A DNA stretch of 64,000 bases. Origin: an uncultured Clostridia bacterium (GTDB lineage: Bacteria; Bacillota; Clostridia; Christensenellales; UBA3700). The DNA lies in assembly GCA_944381275.1 (NCBI GenBank), contig CALWKO010000002.1, positions 14,436-78,435 on the forward strand. Reading direction: 5' to 3'. Both the position numbers and the translations under genes were made by a program. This document shows positions 53,796 through 61,465 of this stretch, piece by piece (the stretch's first letter is position 1; each line of letters opens with the position of its first letter). The notes below the pieces were generated by a model that worked only from the letters and a program-made list of their open reading frames with translations, was not told the DNA's origin and did no database searches.

Positions 53796-55352
53796 TTACA
53801 GCTTTTTATTCTTATTCATGTTGTATATATTGAAATATATGTGCCTTACCGAAGGGTATATCTTCACATACGCCTTTTCGTAAAGTTCGCGGTAGACAGC
53901 GGCGTTTGCGGCGTTGGGCTTGAAGATATCCTTCAAGTGCACCATATTCTTTACCGCCTCTTCTCTTCCCGAAAATACTCCCAAGGCGATAAAGCACGCC
54001 ATAGAAGCGCCTAAACCGCTCGTTTCAAAGGTCTGCACGCGGTAAACTTCCCTGCCGAAGATGTCCGCCGCTATTTGACACACCGCGTCGCTGGAAGAGC
54101 CTCCGCCCGAAAGCGCTATCCTCTTCACCTTTATGCCCGCACGGCGCTCCATATTCTCCAAACCTTCCAAAAGCGCAAAGTCTATGCCCTCGATGATGGC
54201 GCGGTACATGTGGTGGCGCGTGTGCATATCGGAAAAGCCGAGCATGAGTCCCCTTGCCTCCGGAGTGGTGAGTCCCGGTCCCCAATAGGGCTGAACGAGC
54301 AAACCTTTGCTCCCCGGCGGAATCTTCTCCATATATTCGTCGAGTACTTTTTCCGCGATAACGCCGCGCTCCTTGGCTTCTTGCTGTTCGTGAAGGGCGA
54401 ATTGCTCCCTAAACCAGCTCACCATCCAATATCCGCGGAAGATTTGAATTTCCGGATTGAATCTGTTTGGCGCCACCGCAGTGTATGCCGGCATGAAGGG
54501 GGTGGGCTCCACATATTTTTTAGTGGTTATCTGCACCGAAGCCGCCGTACCGTAGGAAACGGACGCAATCGTGCCGTCTATCGCCCCCACGCCGAAGGTT
54601 TCGCACGCCTTATCCGCGCCCGAAGCCACCACGGGAGTGCCCTCGATTATGCCGCTCTCCTGCGCCGCCTGCGCGGTTATCTTGCCGATTATCGTGCACG
54701 GTTCCTCAAGTTCGCACATTCTGTCCACGGGAGTGCCGAACACGGGAAAAGTGAGTCCGCGCGGGCTCATCCACGTCCTGTGTCGATAGTCGTAGGGGAA
54801 TTTTGCCGCCTGCCCCGCCTTGCTGTCCGCAAGCCTGCCCGTGAGCTTGAAGGTGTAGTAGGCGGAAGGCATGACTATCTTTGCCGTGTTTGCCCACACC
54901 TCCGGCTCGTTTACGCGCACCCAGTTGGTGTAGCAGGTGCGGCGCTGGACGTTTACCACTTCCTTCATTCCCGCTATGCCGTATAAGATCCTGTTGAATA
55001 AGGGGAGCTTGTCCGGGCATTCCACCTCGCGCTTGTCCAGCCAAAAAATGGCTTTCCTGCTCGGTTTTCCTTCCTTATCCAAAAATACGAGAGAGTTCCT
55101 GATGGACGTAACCGAAACGGCGGCGATGTTCTTCCACCGCTCGCCCAACTGCTCCTTTGCCTGCAAGGACACCTTGCACATATCCCGCCAAATGCTATCG
55201 CAGTCCGCTTCCGCCTGCTGATTGCTGTCGGAAATATAAAGCTTGCCCTGCTGCTTTACAATGAGCACGGGATTGCCCTTGGTATCGAAGACAAGGGCGC
55301 GCGTAGCCTGCGTTCCCACGTCGAATATTAAAGCGAGTTTTTCTTCGTTCAT
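53796..55352 (-). CDS. FGGY-family carbohydrate kinase
   Basis: About 518 aa. I prefer ATG 55352 (SD AGGGTG) over the track GTG at 55358. The N-terminal LIFDVGTQATRALVFD matches FGGY_N, and LSGGGSSSDAVCQIAADIFG matches FGGY_C. Confidence 0.85.
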   Translation of the reverse strand: MNEEKLALIFDVGTQATRALVFDTKGNPVLIVKQQGKLYISDSNQQAEADCDSIWRDMCKVSLQAKEQLGERWKNIAAVSVTSIRNSLVFLDKEGKPSRKAIFWLDKREVECPDKLPLFNRILYGIAGMKEVVNVQRRTCYTNWVRVNEPEVWANTAKIVMPSAYYTFKLTGRLADSKAGQAAKFPYDYRHRTWMSPRGLTFPVFGTPVDRMCELEEPCTIIGKITAQAAQESGIIEGTPVVASGADKACETFGVGAIDGTIASVSYGTAASVQITTKKYVEPTPFMPAYTAVAPNRFNPEIQIFRGYWMVSWFREQFALHEQQEAKERGVIAEKVLDEYMEKIPPGSKGLLVQPYWGPGLTTPEARGLMLGFSDMHTRHHMYRAIIEGIDFALLEGLENMERRAGIKVKRIALSGGGSSSDAVCQIAADIFGREVYRVQTFETSGLGASMACFIALGVFSGREEAVKNMVHLKDIFKPNAANAAVYRELYEKAYVKIYPSVRHIYFNIYNMNKNKKL

Positions 55353-55360
55353 ATTCACCC

Positions 55361-56251
55361 TTATAGATATTTATCGATAAATCCTTTCGGTTTTGCCGTA
55401 TATCCTCTGTGAAAAGCGATCTCGTAGGTCACGGACATAACCACAGTACTTATTATCGCACCTGCGGCAACATCTGTCAAGTAATGATTGCCGCTCATTA
55501 TTCTGCCCAGCATGGTGCTCGCGATAAAGACCATGGCGAGCACGAAATATACTATCCTGTATATGGGCTCGTCGTCGTTTATCCAAAGCAGCGGAGCGAA
55601 CATCAAAATACCCATGCAGCACGCCGCATGCCCGGAAAAAAACGATTCTCCTCCGAAGGACGAGGGGGTATACCACGCGGTAAATTCCGCCCCTTCATAT
55701 ACCTGATAGGGGCGCGCCCTGCCCCACAGCATCTTCACTCCTTGCGTCAATATCACGATTATTAGGGCGGCTATTATCGTGGCTATCGCCCACTTTTTCC
55801 AATTTTGCAACTTCTCTGCGGGTACGCGGGGAAGAAGGATGGTAAACAAGGTGAAGAGCGCAACTCCCGCCATGCCGCACATGGCAAGGGACATGAGCTC
55901 AACCTGCGCAATAAGGTCAAATAAGTCCTTGAACATGAACGCGGCGCAAGCTATGCCGCCAAGAGCGTATATCACTTTTCTTGCGATATACCACGCCTTT
56001 TGCCCGCGCGTGCTCCCGTCGGCGCACTGCGCGCAGGGAGCTTTGACCGCAAAAAACGCCACGGCGCAGGCAAACGATGCCGCCAAAAACAGCGGCATTT
56101 TCCCGAGCGCTTCACTGCACAAGGTGATTATTCCTTCGCCGGTATAAAGTTTTTCCGCAATCACCCTGTCGTAAACGGAACCTGCCGCAATCAGGGCGAT
56201 GAATATCGCCAGCAATATGACTTTGGCGATTATGCCGTTTTTTCTGTTCAT
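55361..56251 (-). CDS. PAP2-superfamily membrane phosphatase (paralog A)
   Basis: 296 aa and polytopic. It carries the three PAP2 motifs: K..WGRARPY, SFFSGHAA and GRIMSGNHYLTDV. Confidence 0.8.
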   Translation of the reverse strand: MNRKNGIIAKVILLAIFIALIAAGSVYDRVIAEKLYTGEGIITLCSEALGKMPLFLAASFACAVAFFAVKAPCAQCADGSTRGQKAWYIARKVIYALGGIACAAFMFKDLFDLIAQVELMSLAMCGMAGVALFTLFTILLPRVPAEKLQNWKKWAIATIIAALIIVILTQGVKMLWGRARPYQVYEGAEFTAWYTPSSFGGESFFSGHAACCMGILMFAPLLWINDDEPIYRIVYFVLAMVFIASTMLGRIMSGNHYLTDVAAGAIISTVVMSVTYEIAFHRGYTAKPKGFIDKYL

Positions 56252-57288
56252 TATTCTCCTTTTTCTGCCTCTTTCTTTACTTCTCCGCCCTCTGCCGCAG
56301 GCGGCTCTTCTTCCGCAGCCGCAGGGGTATCCTCTTGACTCTCCCCTTCCGCCAATGCGGCTTTTTCCTTAAAGGTGAACTCGTATTTCCCGTTCCTGAA
56401 GAAGAGGTAGCGCACGAGCACGAATATTAAATAAGTGAGATATCCGCCCACAAGCACGTCGGAGAGGAAGTGCGCGCAATTGACTATCCTGGATACCGCC
56501 GTAAGCGCGGTGAAGACAAAGCAGCTCGCGTTGATTATCGCCCTCGCCTTAAAGCTCCTCAACTTGGGGAATACGTCGCACGCCGCCGCCAGGATGAAGA
56601 TGTTCGCCGCGGACGAAGTGTGTCCGGAGGGGAAGGACTTATAAGTTTCCTCGCCGTTGCCGATGTTCACCACATACCACGGAGTGAAACCGTCGGCTGA
56701 GCCTTGGTCGAGCATATCACGATATCTCATCCTGCCCCAGAGCCTCTTCATTATCTGCATGACTATGAGTGCAGACACCATGAATACCAAGGCGAAGAGC
56801 GCGAATTTGAGCAATCTCTGCATAGTTTCAGGCTTGATGAGGCTGCCCACCCACAAGCCGAAAGCTCCGCCTACGAAGCCGCCGAATATAGCGAACATGG
56901 TCAGTCCGGGGATGCCGGGGTCGACGTCTATGCGCCCGGGTTTGGTGCCGGCGTATATCCACATAAAGTAGCCCAGCCAACTCAAAACCAAGCCGAATAT
57001 GCGCATAAAGATGCGCGCGCGTTTATCCTTGAACGCCTTTGCGCTGTAAAAGAATATGGGCGCGGTGAAGGGCAGCACCAGGTAGGAGGGCGCCTCGCCG
57101 ACCACTTCGAAAAATGTGCCGAAGAGGTTGCTCATATCGCCTATCGCTTGGCTTATCTGCAAGTCGTAAAAAGCCGCAACAGCCATAAGTCCCGCAAAGC
57201 CGAAGAAGGATGCTATGTTCAAGCCGATGTACAGTCTGCGCCTAAACTTGGCGTTATCCAGCCTGCCTTGAAGAGATACGTTTTCCAT
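56251..57288 (-). CDS. PAP2-superfamily membrane phosphatase (paralog B) with an acidic C-terminal tail
   Basis: 345 aa. Motifs are KRLWGRMRYR, SFPSGHTS and SRIVNCAHFLSDV. The stop overlaps the paralog A start by 1 nt. Confidence 0.8.
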   Translation of the reverse strand: MENVSLQGRLDNAKFRRRLYIGLNIASFFGFAGLMAVAAFYDLQISQAIGDMSNLFGTFFEVVGEAPSYLVLPFTAPIFFYSAKAFKDKRARIFMRIFGLVLSWLGYFMWIYAGTKPGRIDVDPGIPGLTMFAIFGGFVGGAFGLWVGSLIKPETMQRLLKFALFALVFMVSALIVMQIMKRLWGRMRYRDMLDQGSADGFTPWYVVNIGNGEETYKSFPSGHTSSAANIFILAAACDVFPKLRSFKARAIINASCFVFTALTAVSRIVNCAHFLSDVLVGGYLTYLIFVLVRYLFFRNGKYEFTFKEKAALAEGESQEDTPAAAEEEPPAAEGGEVKKEAEKGE

Positions 57289-57318
57289 ATTTTCACCTTA
57301 TGCGGCTGTGCCGCCCTT

Positions 57319-58539
57319 TTATTCTTTTGATTCCTCGCCGAAGAGCTCGCGCTCGCTTGCGGCGGCATCCTGCGCTTCTTGCCTTGCCGCCTTCTTCTTA
57401 TTCGCCTTTTTGATAAGTACGGCTGCGACGATTATGCCTATCGCCGCAAGTGCGAGCACTCCCACAACTACGCCCGCGATCTCGCCCGAGCTCATAACTT
57501 TGGTATCGGCGTTTTCGGCGGCGTAATCGTAAAGCTCGTTATTCCTCTCGATCGCCTTGTTATTGGTAAAGGCGTCCGCGTAATCCGCCATCACATAGCC
57601 GCACTCCTGCTCGTCGTAGGCAAAATAAACGTCGGCGTCATAGATGTTGTTCAATGGTATAAACATGCTGAAGCTGTACTTTTCGAGGATGGAAATGCTC
57701 TTTATATGTCCGTCCGCCCACATTTCAAAGTCCATCTCCAGCGACTGATAGTTCACGTTTCCGCCGTTCTGCTTGGCGAGATTCAGCTCCAAGAGGCGCA
57801 GGTAGTCCTGCGTTACCACCTCGTTTGCGAAGGTGACTGAGAAGGTGTATACTCCCCTAGCCTCATCGTACACCGGTTGAGTGGCGGACTGTACGCACCC
57901 TTCCGCAAGGGCGTTGCTTTTGGTGCTGTATATGTTATAGGTGAACACCTTGGTGGGGTCGTTGCACACTTCGGTGTTGTACCTATCCAAATCGGTGCCG
58001 TAGTCTATGTATTCGAATTGCGCGTTGTCGCCCACCTTGAGCATGCCCGTATCGTCGTTATAAGTTAGCACGCTGCCCGACACCGTTCGGTAATTGATCT
58101 TGCCGTTATTCACCACGGCTTCTTCTATTCTCCTGCTGCTCGCCATGGCGCCGGCGGAGATGACCAAGTGGTATGCCTGCGAAGCGAGCGGGTCTTCTTC
58201 AGAATACACGCCCTTCTTTATCTTATACCCGTCGATATATTGATTGTTGAACGATATGTCGGAACCGGGAGGCGTGGTGGTATTTGTGCTGTAATTTTCC
58301 GAAACGACGTAAGGCGCGGCGTAATAGTTGTAAAAGCCGACTTCCATCATCTCTTCGGCGGACATATCCGCATTTATGCCCCTTGCGGCGGACGCTTTGG
58401 GCGCGCCCATGTTGCGCACGGAAGATACCAAATCTTCCAGATTGTCCGAGCGCTCCGCGCATGCCGAAAAAAGCATGCTTGTAGCTATTGCCGCCGCAAT
58501 CACCAAGGCGACGAACATGAATTTCTTACCCCTTTTCAT
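57319..58539 (-). CDS. Hypothetical surface protein with N-terminal lipobox and C-terminal TM anchor
   Basis: 406 aa. Begins MKRGKKFMFVALVIAAAIATSMLFSAC. The C-terminal helix IAGVVVGVLALAAIGIIVAAVLI is followed by KKANKKK and an acidic tail. I recognised no known domain. It overlaps the sulfatase gene by 4 nt. Confidence 0.7.
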   Translation of the reverse strand: MKRGKKFMFVALVIAAAIATSMLFSACAERSDNLEDLVSSVRNMGAPKASAARGINADMSAEEMMEVGFYNYYAAPYVVSENYSTNTTTPPGSDISFNNQYIDGYKIKKGVYSEEDPLASQAYHLVISAGAMASSRRIEEAVVNNGKINYRTVSGSVLTYNDDTGMLKVGDNAQFEYIDYGTDLDRYNTEVCNDPTKVFTYNIYSTKSNALAEGCVQSATQPVYDEARGVYTFSVTFANEVVTQDYLRLLELNLAKQNGGNVNYQSLEMDFEMWADGHIKSISILEKYSFSMFIPLNNIYDADVYFAYDEQECGYVMADYADAFTNNKAIERNNELYDYAAENADTKVMSSGEIAGVVVGVLALAAIGIIVAAVLIKKANKKKAARQEAQDAAASERELFGEESKE

Positions 58540-59816
58540 ATATTCCCTTTAAATAAACGCCGCTTTATCGTGGGCGCGTTTTCTCCCGCTTTTGTCATTT
58601 CCCTCACCAAAAGCTCGCGCAAATGCTCTTTCTCCTTGACAGCCGACGGGCAGTTGATGAGATTGTGCCTTTCCCCCTTGTCCTTGCTCCTATTGTAAAG
58701 GTAGTCGTCCTTATACACGTCGGTGGAGTAATTGTGACCGGAAGAAATACTGTAAGTATAATCTTTGGTGATGACGCATCTGCCGTTGTGACTTTCGCTT
58801 ATCTGCGCAAACACGCAGTCGCGCTCCGCGCCCGATTGCATGGGAACACCGTCGAAATTACTCGGCACGGCTATGCCCGCCGCGGCGAGCATCGTGGGCG
58901 GCAGATCGATGAGGCTGATCAGCCTGTCCTTATCCCCGTCGTCCCTGAAGGCTCCGCCCGCCATGATGAGGGGGATGTGCGTGGACCCTTCGTGACAGGA
59001 GCGCTTGTACTCCATGTTCCTCGTCATAAAGTGGCAGCCGTGGTCGGATGTGTAGATGATGAGAGTATTGTCGTACTTCCCCTGCGCCTTGAGCTCGTCC
59101 ACTATCCTCTTTACGTTCTCGTCCAGCGACTTACAGCATCCCAAATAGTCCGCGTAGTTGCGATTGTAATTGCCCCTGAGCCCCTTTAAATCGACGGGTA
59201 TGGGATAGTCCTTAAACTGTTCATCGTAACCGGGAGGGCATTCAAACCTGAACGAGGTGTTCTGGTGATGCGGTTCAAGGAAGGAGAGGAATAAGAAAAA
59301 CGGTTTATCGTGCTCCATCCTCAAATAGTCGAGAGCAAAATCCGTCATATTGTCCGCACGAACCCCCTCAAAGCGCACTTCGTTGCAGTCGTTGTCCCAC
59401 AGTCTGCCGCCGCTCCCCGTGGAGGAAAATTCCAAAAGATCCGCCGCCAGCCAATACTTATAGCCGCCGCGCAAGTTTTGCGGAACGCCCTTCTTGCGGT
59501 ATTGAAGCCCCTTTGAAGCGAGGTGCCATTTGCCGATATATGCGGTGTCGTAACCGGCGCCGTTGAATAAATCGGCAAGGTGCGTATCCGTTTCACGCAT
59601 GGGTATGCCGTTTTCTATACAGCCGTTCTTGGTGGCGTACATTCCCGTTTGCAAACACGCCCTGGCGGGACCGCACACGGGCTGACAGGTGTATACGTTG
59701 GTGTAATTTGCCCCTTCCTTGGCAAGTTCCAGCAAGTTGGGGGTTACTTCGGGCGTGATGGTATCCGCCCTCTGCTGATCGCTGAAAATAAAGACTATAT
59801 TGGGTTTTTCGCTCAT
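58536..59816 (-). CDS. Sulfatase (Cys-type formylglycine motif), no signal peptide
   Basis: Start taken at ATG 59816 (MSEKPNIVFIFSDQQRADT). Contains the CxPxR motif in CQPVCGPARACLQTG, plus IGKWHL and YTSDHG. Confidence 0.85.
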   Translation of the reverse strand: MSEKPNIVFIFSDQQRADTITPEVTPNLLELAKEGANYTNVYTCQPVCGPARACLQTGMYATKNGCIENGIPMRETDTHLADLFNGAGYDTAYIGKWHLASKGLQYRKKGVPQNLRGGYKYWLAADLLEFSSTGSGGRLWDNDCNEVRFEGVRADNMTDFALDYLRMEHDKPFFLFLSFLEPHHQNTSFRFECPPGYDEQFKDYPIPVDLKGLRGNYNRNYADYLGCCKSLDENVKRIVDELKAQGKYDNTLIIYTSDHGCHFMTRNMEYKRSCHEGSTHIPLIMAGGAFRDDGDKDRLISLIDLPPTMLAAAGIAVPSNFDGVPMQSGAERDCVFAQISESHNGRCVITKDYTYSISSGHNYSTDVYKDDYLYNRSKDKGERHNLINCPSAVKEKEHLRELLVREMTKAGENAPTIKRRLFKGNI

Positions 59817-59968
59817 ATCTTCCCGGCGGCGAATTGCCGCCTTATACCTCACCTCTGCGCTTTTGCGCAATATTCCTCTTATTACTATAATGAACGAAAA
59901 AATTAATTTTGTCAATAATTATTTTACAAACGCTCGCGCGCGTGTGAAAAATTGCGCCTGTTATCCAC

Positions 59969-60067
59969 AGCTATGTATTTTTTATGCACTTTTCTTTTAC
60001 GTCAAAAATCGACGCGGTTCGCCATAATTGTTTTTATATGCTGAAAGTGCATATAAAATACATAGCT
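59969..60067. repeat. 24-bp inverted repeat (23/24 matches) with a 51-nt loop immediately 3' of spoIIID
   Basis: The left arm, 59969-59992, is AGCTATGTATTTTTTATGCACTTT. The right arm, 60044-60067, is AAAGTGCATATAAAATACATAGCT, and it overlaps the spoIIID stop codon by 2 nt. A perfect TTATCCACA box lies at 59961-59969. Confidence 0.8.
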
Positions 60068-60299
60068 ATTTTTTGTATTTTTTCTTTGTAGCAATGCCGC
60101 CGCGCAGATGCCTTACTTTAAGATTGTAATCGAGCACACCCCTCACTTCTTCATACAAGGCGGCGTCTATGTGCTTCAATTTTTCGTTCATATCGCTGTG
60201 CACGGTGCTCTTACTCACGCCCATAACCCTTGCCGCCTGCCTCACCGTAGACCTGTTTTCTACGATATATCTCGCCGTTAAGATGACTCTGTCTTCCAT
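60066..60299 (-). CDS. spoIIID: Stage III sporulation protein D (DNA-binding regulator)
   Basis: Start taken at ATG 60299 (MEDRVILTARYIVENRSTVRQAARVMGVSKSTVHSDM...HLRGGIATKKKYKK). It aligns by eye with B. subtilis SpoIIID (GKYIVETKKTVR..FGVSKSTVHKD...IRHLRGGEATKLKYK). Confidence 0.85.
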   Translation of the reverse strand: MEDRVILTARYIVENRSTVRQAARVMGVSKSTVHSDMNEKLKHIDAALYEEVRGVLDYNLKVRHLRGGIATKKKYKK

Positions 60300-60394
60300 A
60301 ATCCCCCCCCTCTTCGACAAAATATACTATTCGCCGCGGCGGGGAATAATGACTTTCGCGTGCAATTTTAGGGGACTTGCTTTAAGATATATTT

Positions 60395-60463
60395 CGCACA
60401 TATGGGCATATGCGCGGGGGTGAATATTATGCTATACTGTTACTTGCGCATATGTGCATATGT
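60395..60463. repeat. Two copies of a compound palindromic motif CATATG-N-GCATATG upstream of spoIIID
   Basis: Copy 1, at 60395-60416, is CGCACATATGGGCATATGCGCG. Copy 2, at 60446-60463, is GCGCATATGTGCATATGT. The two copies are also inverted relative to each other (16/18 matches). Confidence 0.6.
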
Positions 60464-60474
60464 TCACAGACGCA

Positions 60475-60954
60475 CTAGCCGTCGTCCTTTAAATTTTTCG
60501 GATAGTATGCCTTGTCGCTCACCGTGAGTACGCTGCACCCCACGAGATCGAGCGGACACATTGCGGGCGTAAAGCCTTTCTTGCTTTTGAATTTATCCTT
60601 TAACGCCTTCACTCCCTGCCAAGCGCCCAGCGCGATCAAAAAACCGCCGAAACAGCGCGAGAGCACCTCCGCGGGCACGTCGGGAGCAAACCAGGCGCAC
60701 ACGGCGCTGCCGATGAGCGCAAGCGGAGCGGTTTTAAGAAGTGAAGGAAAATCCACCAGCCCGTTTTTTATGTGAATGACGAGCACGGGCACGGACATCA
60801 CCACAAAAGCGACAAGGTTCACCGACTGAGCTATCTTCTGATCCACGTCCAAAGCGAGCGTTAAAATGGGAATGGTGAGCGTACCTCCGCCCATGCCCAT
60901 ACCGGCGATCACTCCCCCGGCAACGCCCGCCAGCACAAACCACAGGATGTTCAT
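60475..60954 (-). CDS. TauE/SafE (TSUP) family half-transporter, C-terminal-half equivalent
   Basis: 159 aa and about 4 TM. Contains the repeat signature GVAGGVIAGMGMGGGTLTIP. Confidence 0.75.
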   Translation of the reverse strand: MNILWFVLAGVAGGVIAGMGMGGGTLTIPILTLALDVDQKIAQSVNLVAFVVMSVPVLVIHIKNGLVDFPSLLKTAPLALIGSAVCAWFAPDVPAEVLSRCFGGFLIALGAWQGVKALKDKFKSKKGFTPAMCPLDLVGCSVLTVSDKAYYPKNLKDDG

Positions 60955-61340
60955 CTGCCCACCGCCATCTTTATGCCCGCGCCTATCATTACGACGTAAA
61001 AGAACATGGAGAGCAGGAAGTTATTTGATTTTTTCAAAAGGAGCGCGCCGGCTATTCCGCCCGCAATCACTCCTCCGCCCACCGCCAAGGTGAGCTGCAT
61101 ATCAAAGCAGCCCTTGACGATATAGATGATCGCGGAGAGCAGGCACAGCGGAAGTATCACCGCCACCGCCGTGGCGTGCGCCTTCTTCGCATTCAAACCG
61201 AAGAAAGAAAGCAGGGGTACGATGAGCATGCCTCCGCCCCCGCCGAACAGTCCGTTGACGCACCCTGCGGCGAGCGCGGCGAGATATTTGAAAAAAGCAA
61301 GGCGACTTGCTGTCGATTTTCCGCCCTTGGAATCGTTCAT
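60951..61340 (-). CDS. TauE/SafE (TSUP) family half-transporter, N-terminal-half equivalent
   Basis: 129 aa and about 4 TM. Contains the repeat signature AAGCVNGLFGGGGGMLIVP. It overlaps the downstream half by 4 nt (ATGA). Confidence 0.75.
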   Translation of the reverse strand: MNDSKGGKSTASRLAFFKYLAALAAGCVNGLFGGGGGMLIVPLLSFFGLNAKKAHATAVAVILPLCLLSAIIYIVKGCFDMQLTLAVGGGVIAGGIAGALLLKKSNNFLLSMFFYVVMIGAGIKMAVGR

Positions 61341-61395
61341 ATTAAAATTATGTGCAAGAAATTTATAAAATTTTAACGATAGCGCGATTATTTGT

Positions 61396-61424
61396 TTGAC
61401 CCGCAGGCTTTTATTTTATATAAT
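61396..61424 (+). promoter_or_regulatory. Sigma-70 promoter (TTGACC-17-TATAAT) for the large plus-strand lipoprotein gene
   Basis: The plus strand reads TTGACC, then CGCAGGCTTTTATTTTA (17 nt), then TATAAT. It lies 41 nt upstream of ATG 61466 and its AAGGTGG SD. Confidence 0.7.
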
Positions 61425-61437
61425 TAGGAAGACTTAT

Positions 61438-61465
61438 ATTATAAGGACTAATAAAAGGTGGTCAA
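61438..61465 (-). promoter_or_regulatory. Candidate minus-strand promoter (TTGACC-16-TATAAT) facing the plus-strand promoter
   Basis: The minus strand reads TTGACC, then ACCTTTTATTAGTCCT (16 nt), then TATAAT. Its -35 overlaps the SD of the plus-strand gene. Its predicted TSS (about 61431) coincides with that of the plus-strand promoter. Confidence 0.4.

Noticed and set aside
59943-59969. DnaA boxes as a replication origin
   Set aside because: - There is only one perfect box and one 7/9 box.
- There is no dnaA/dnaN context and no AT-rich unwinding element with box clusters.
- One perfect 9-mer is near chance expectation for this window.
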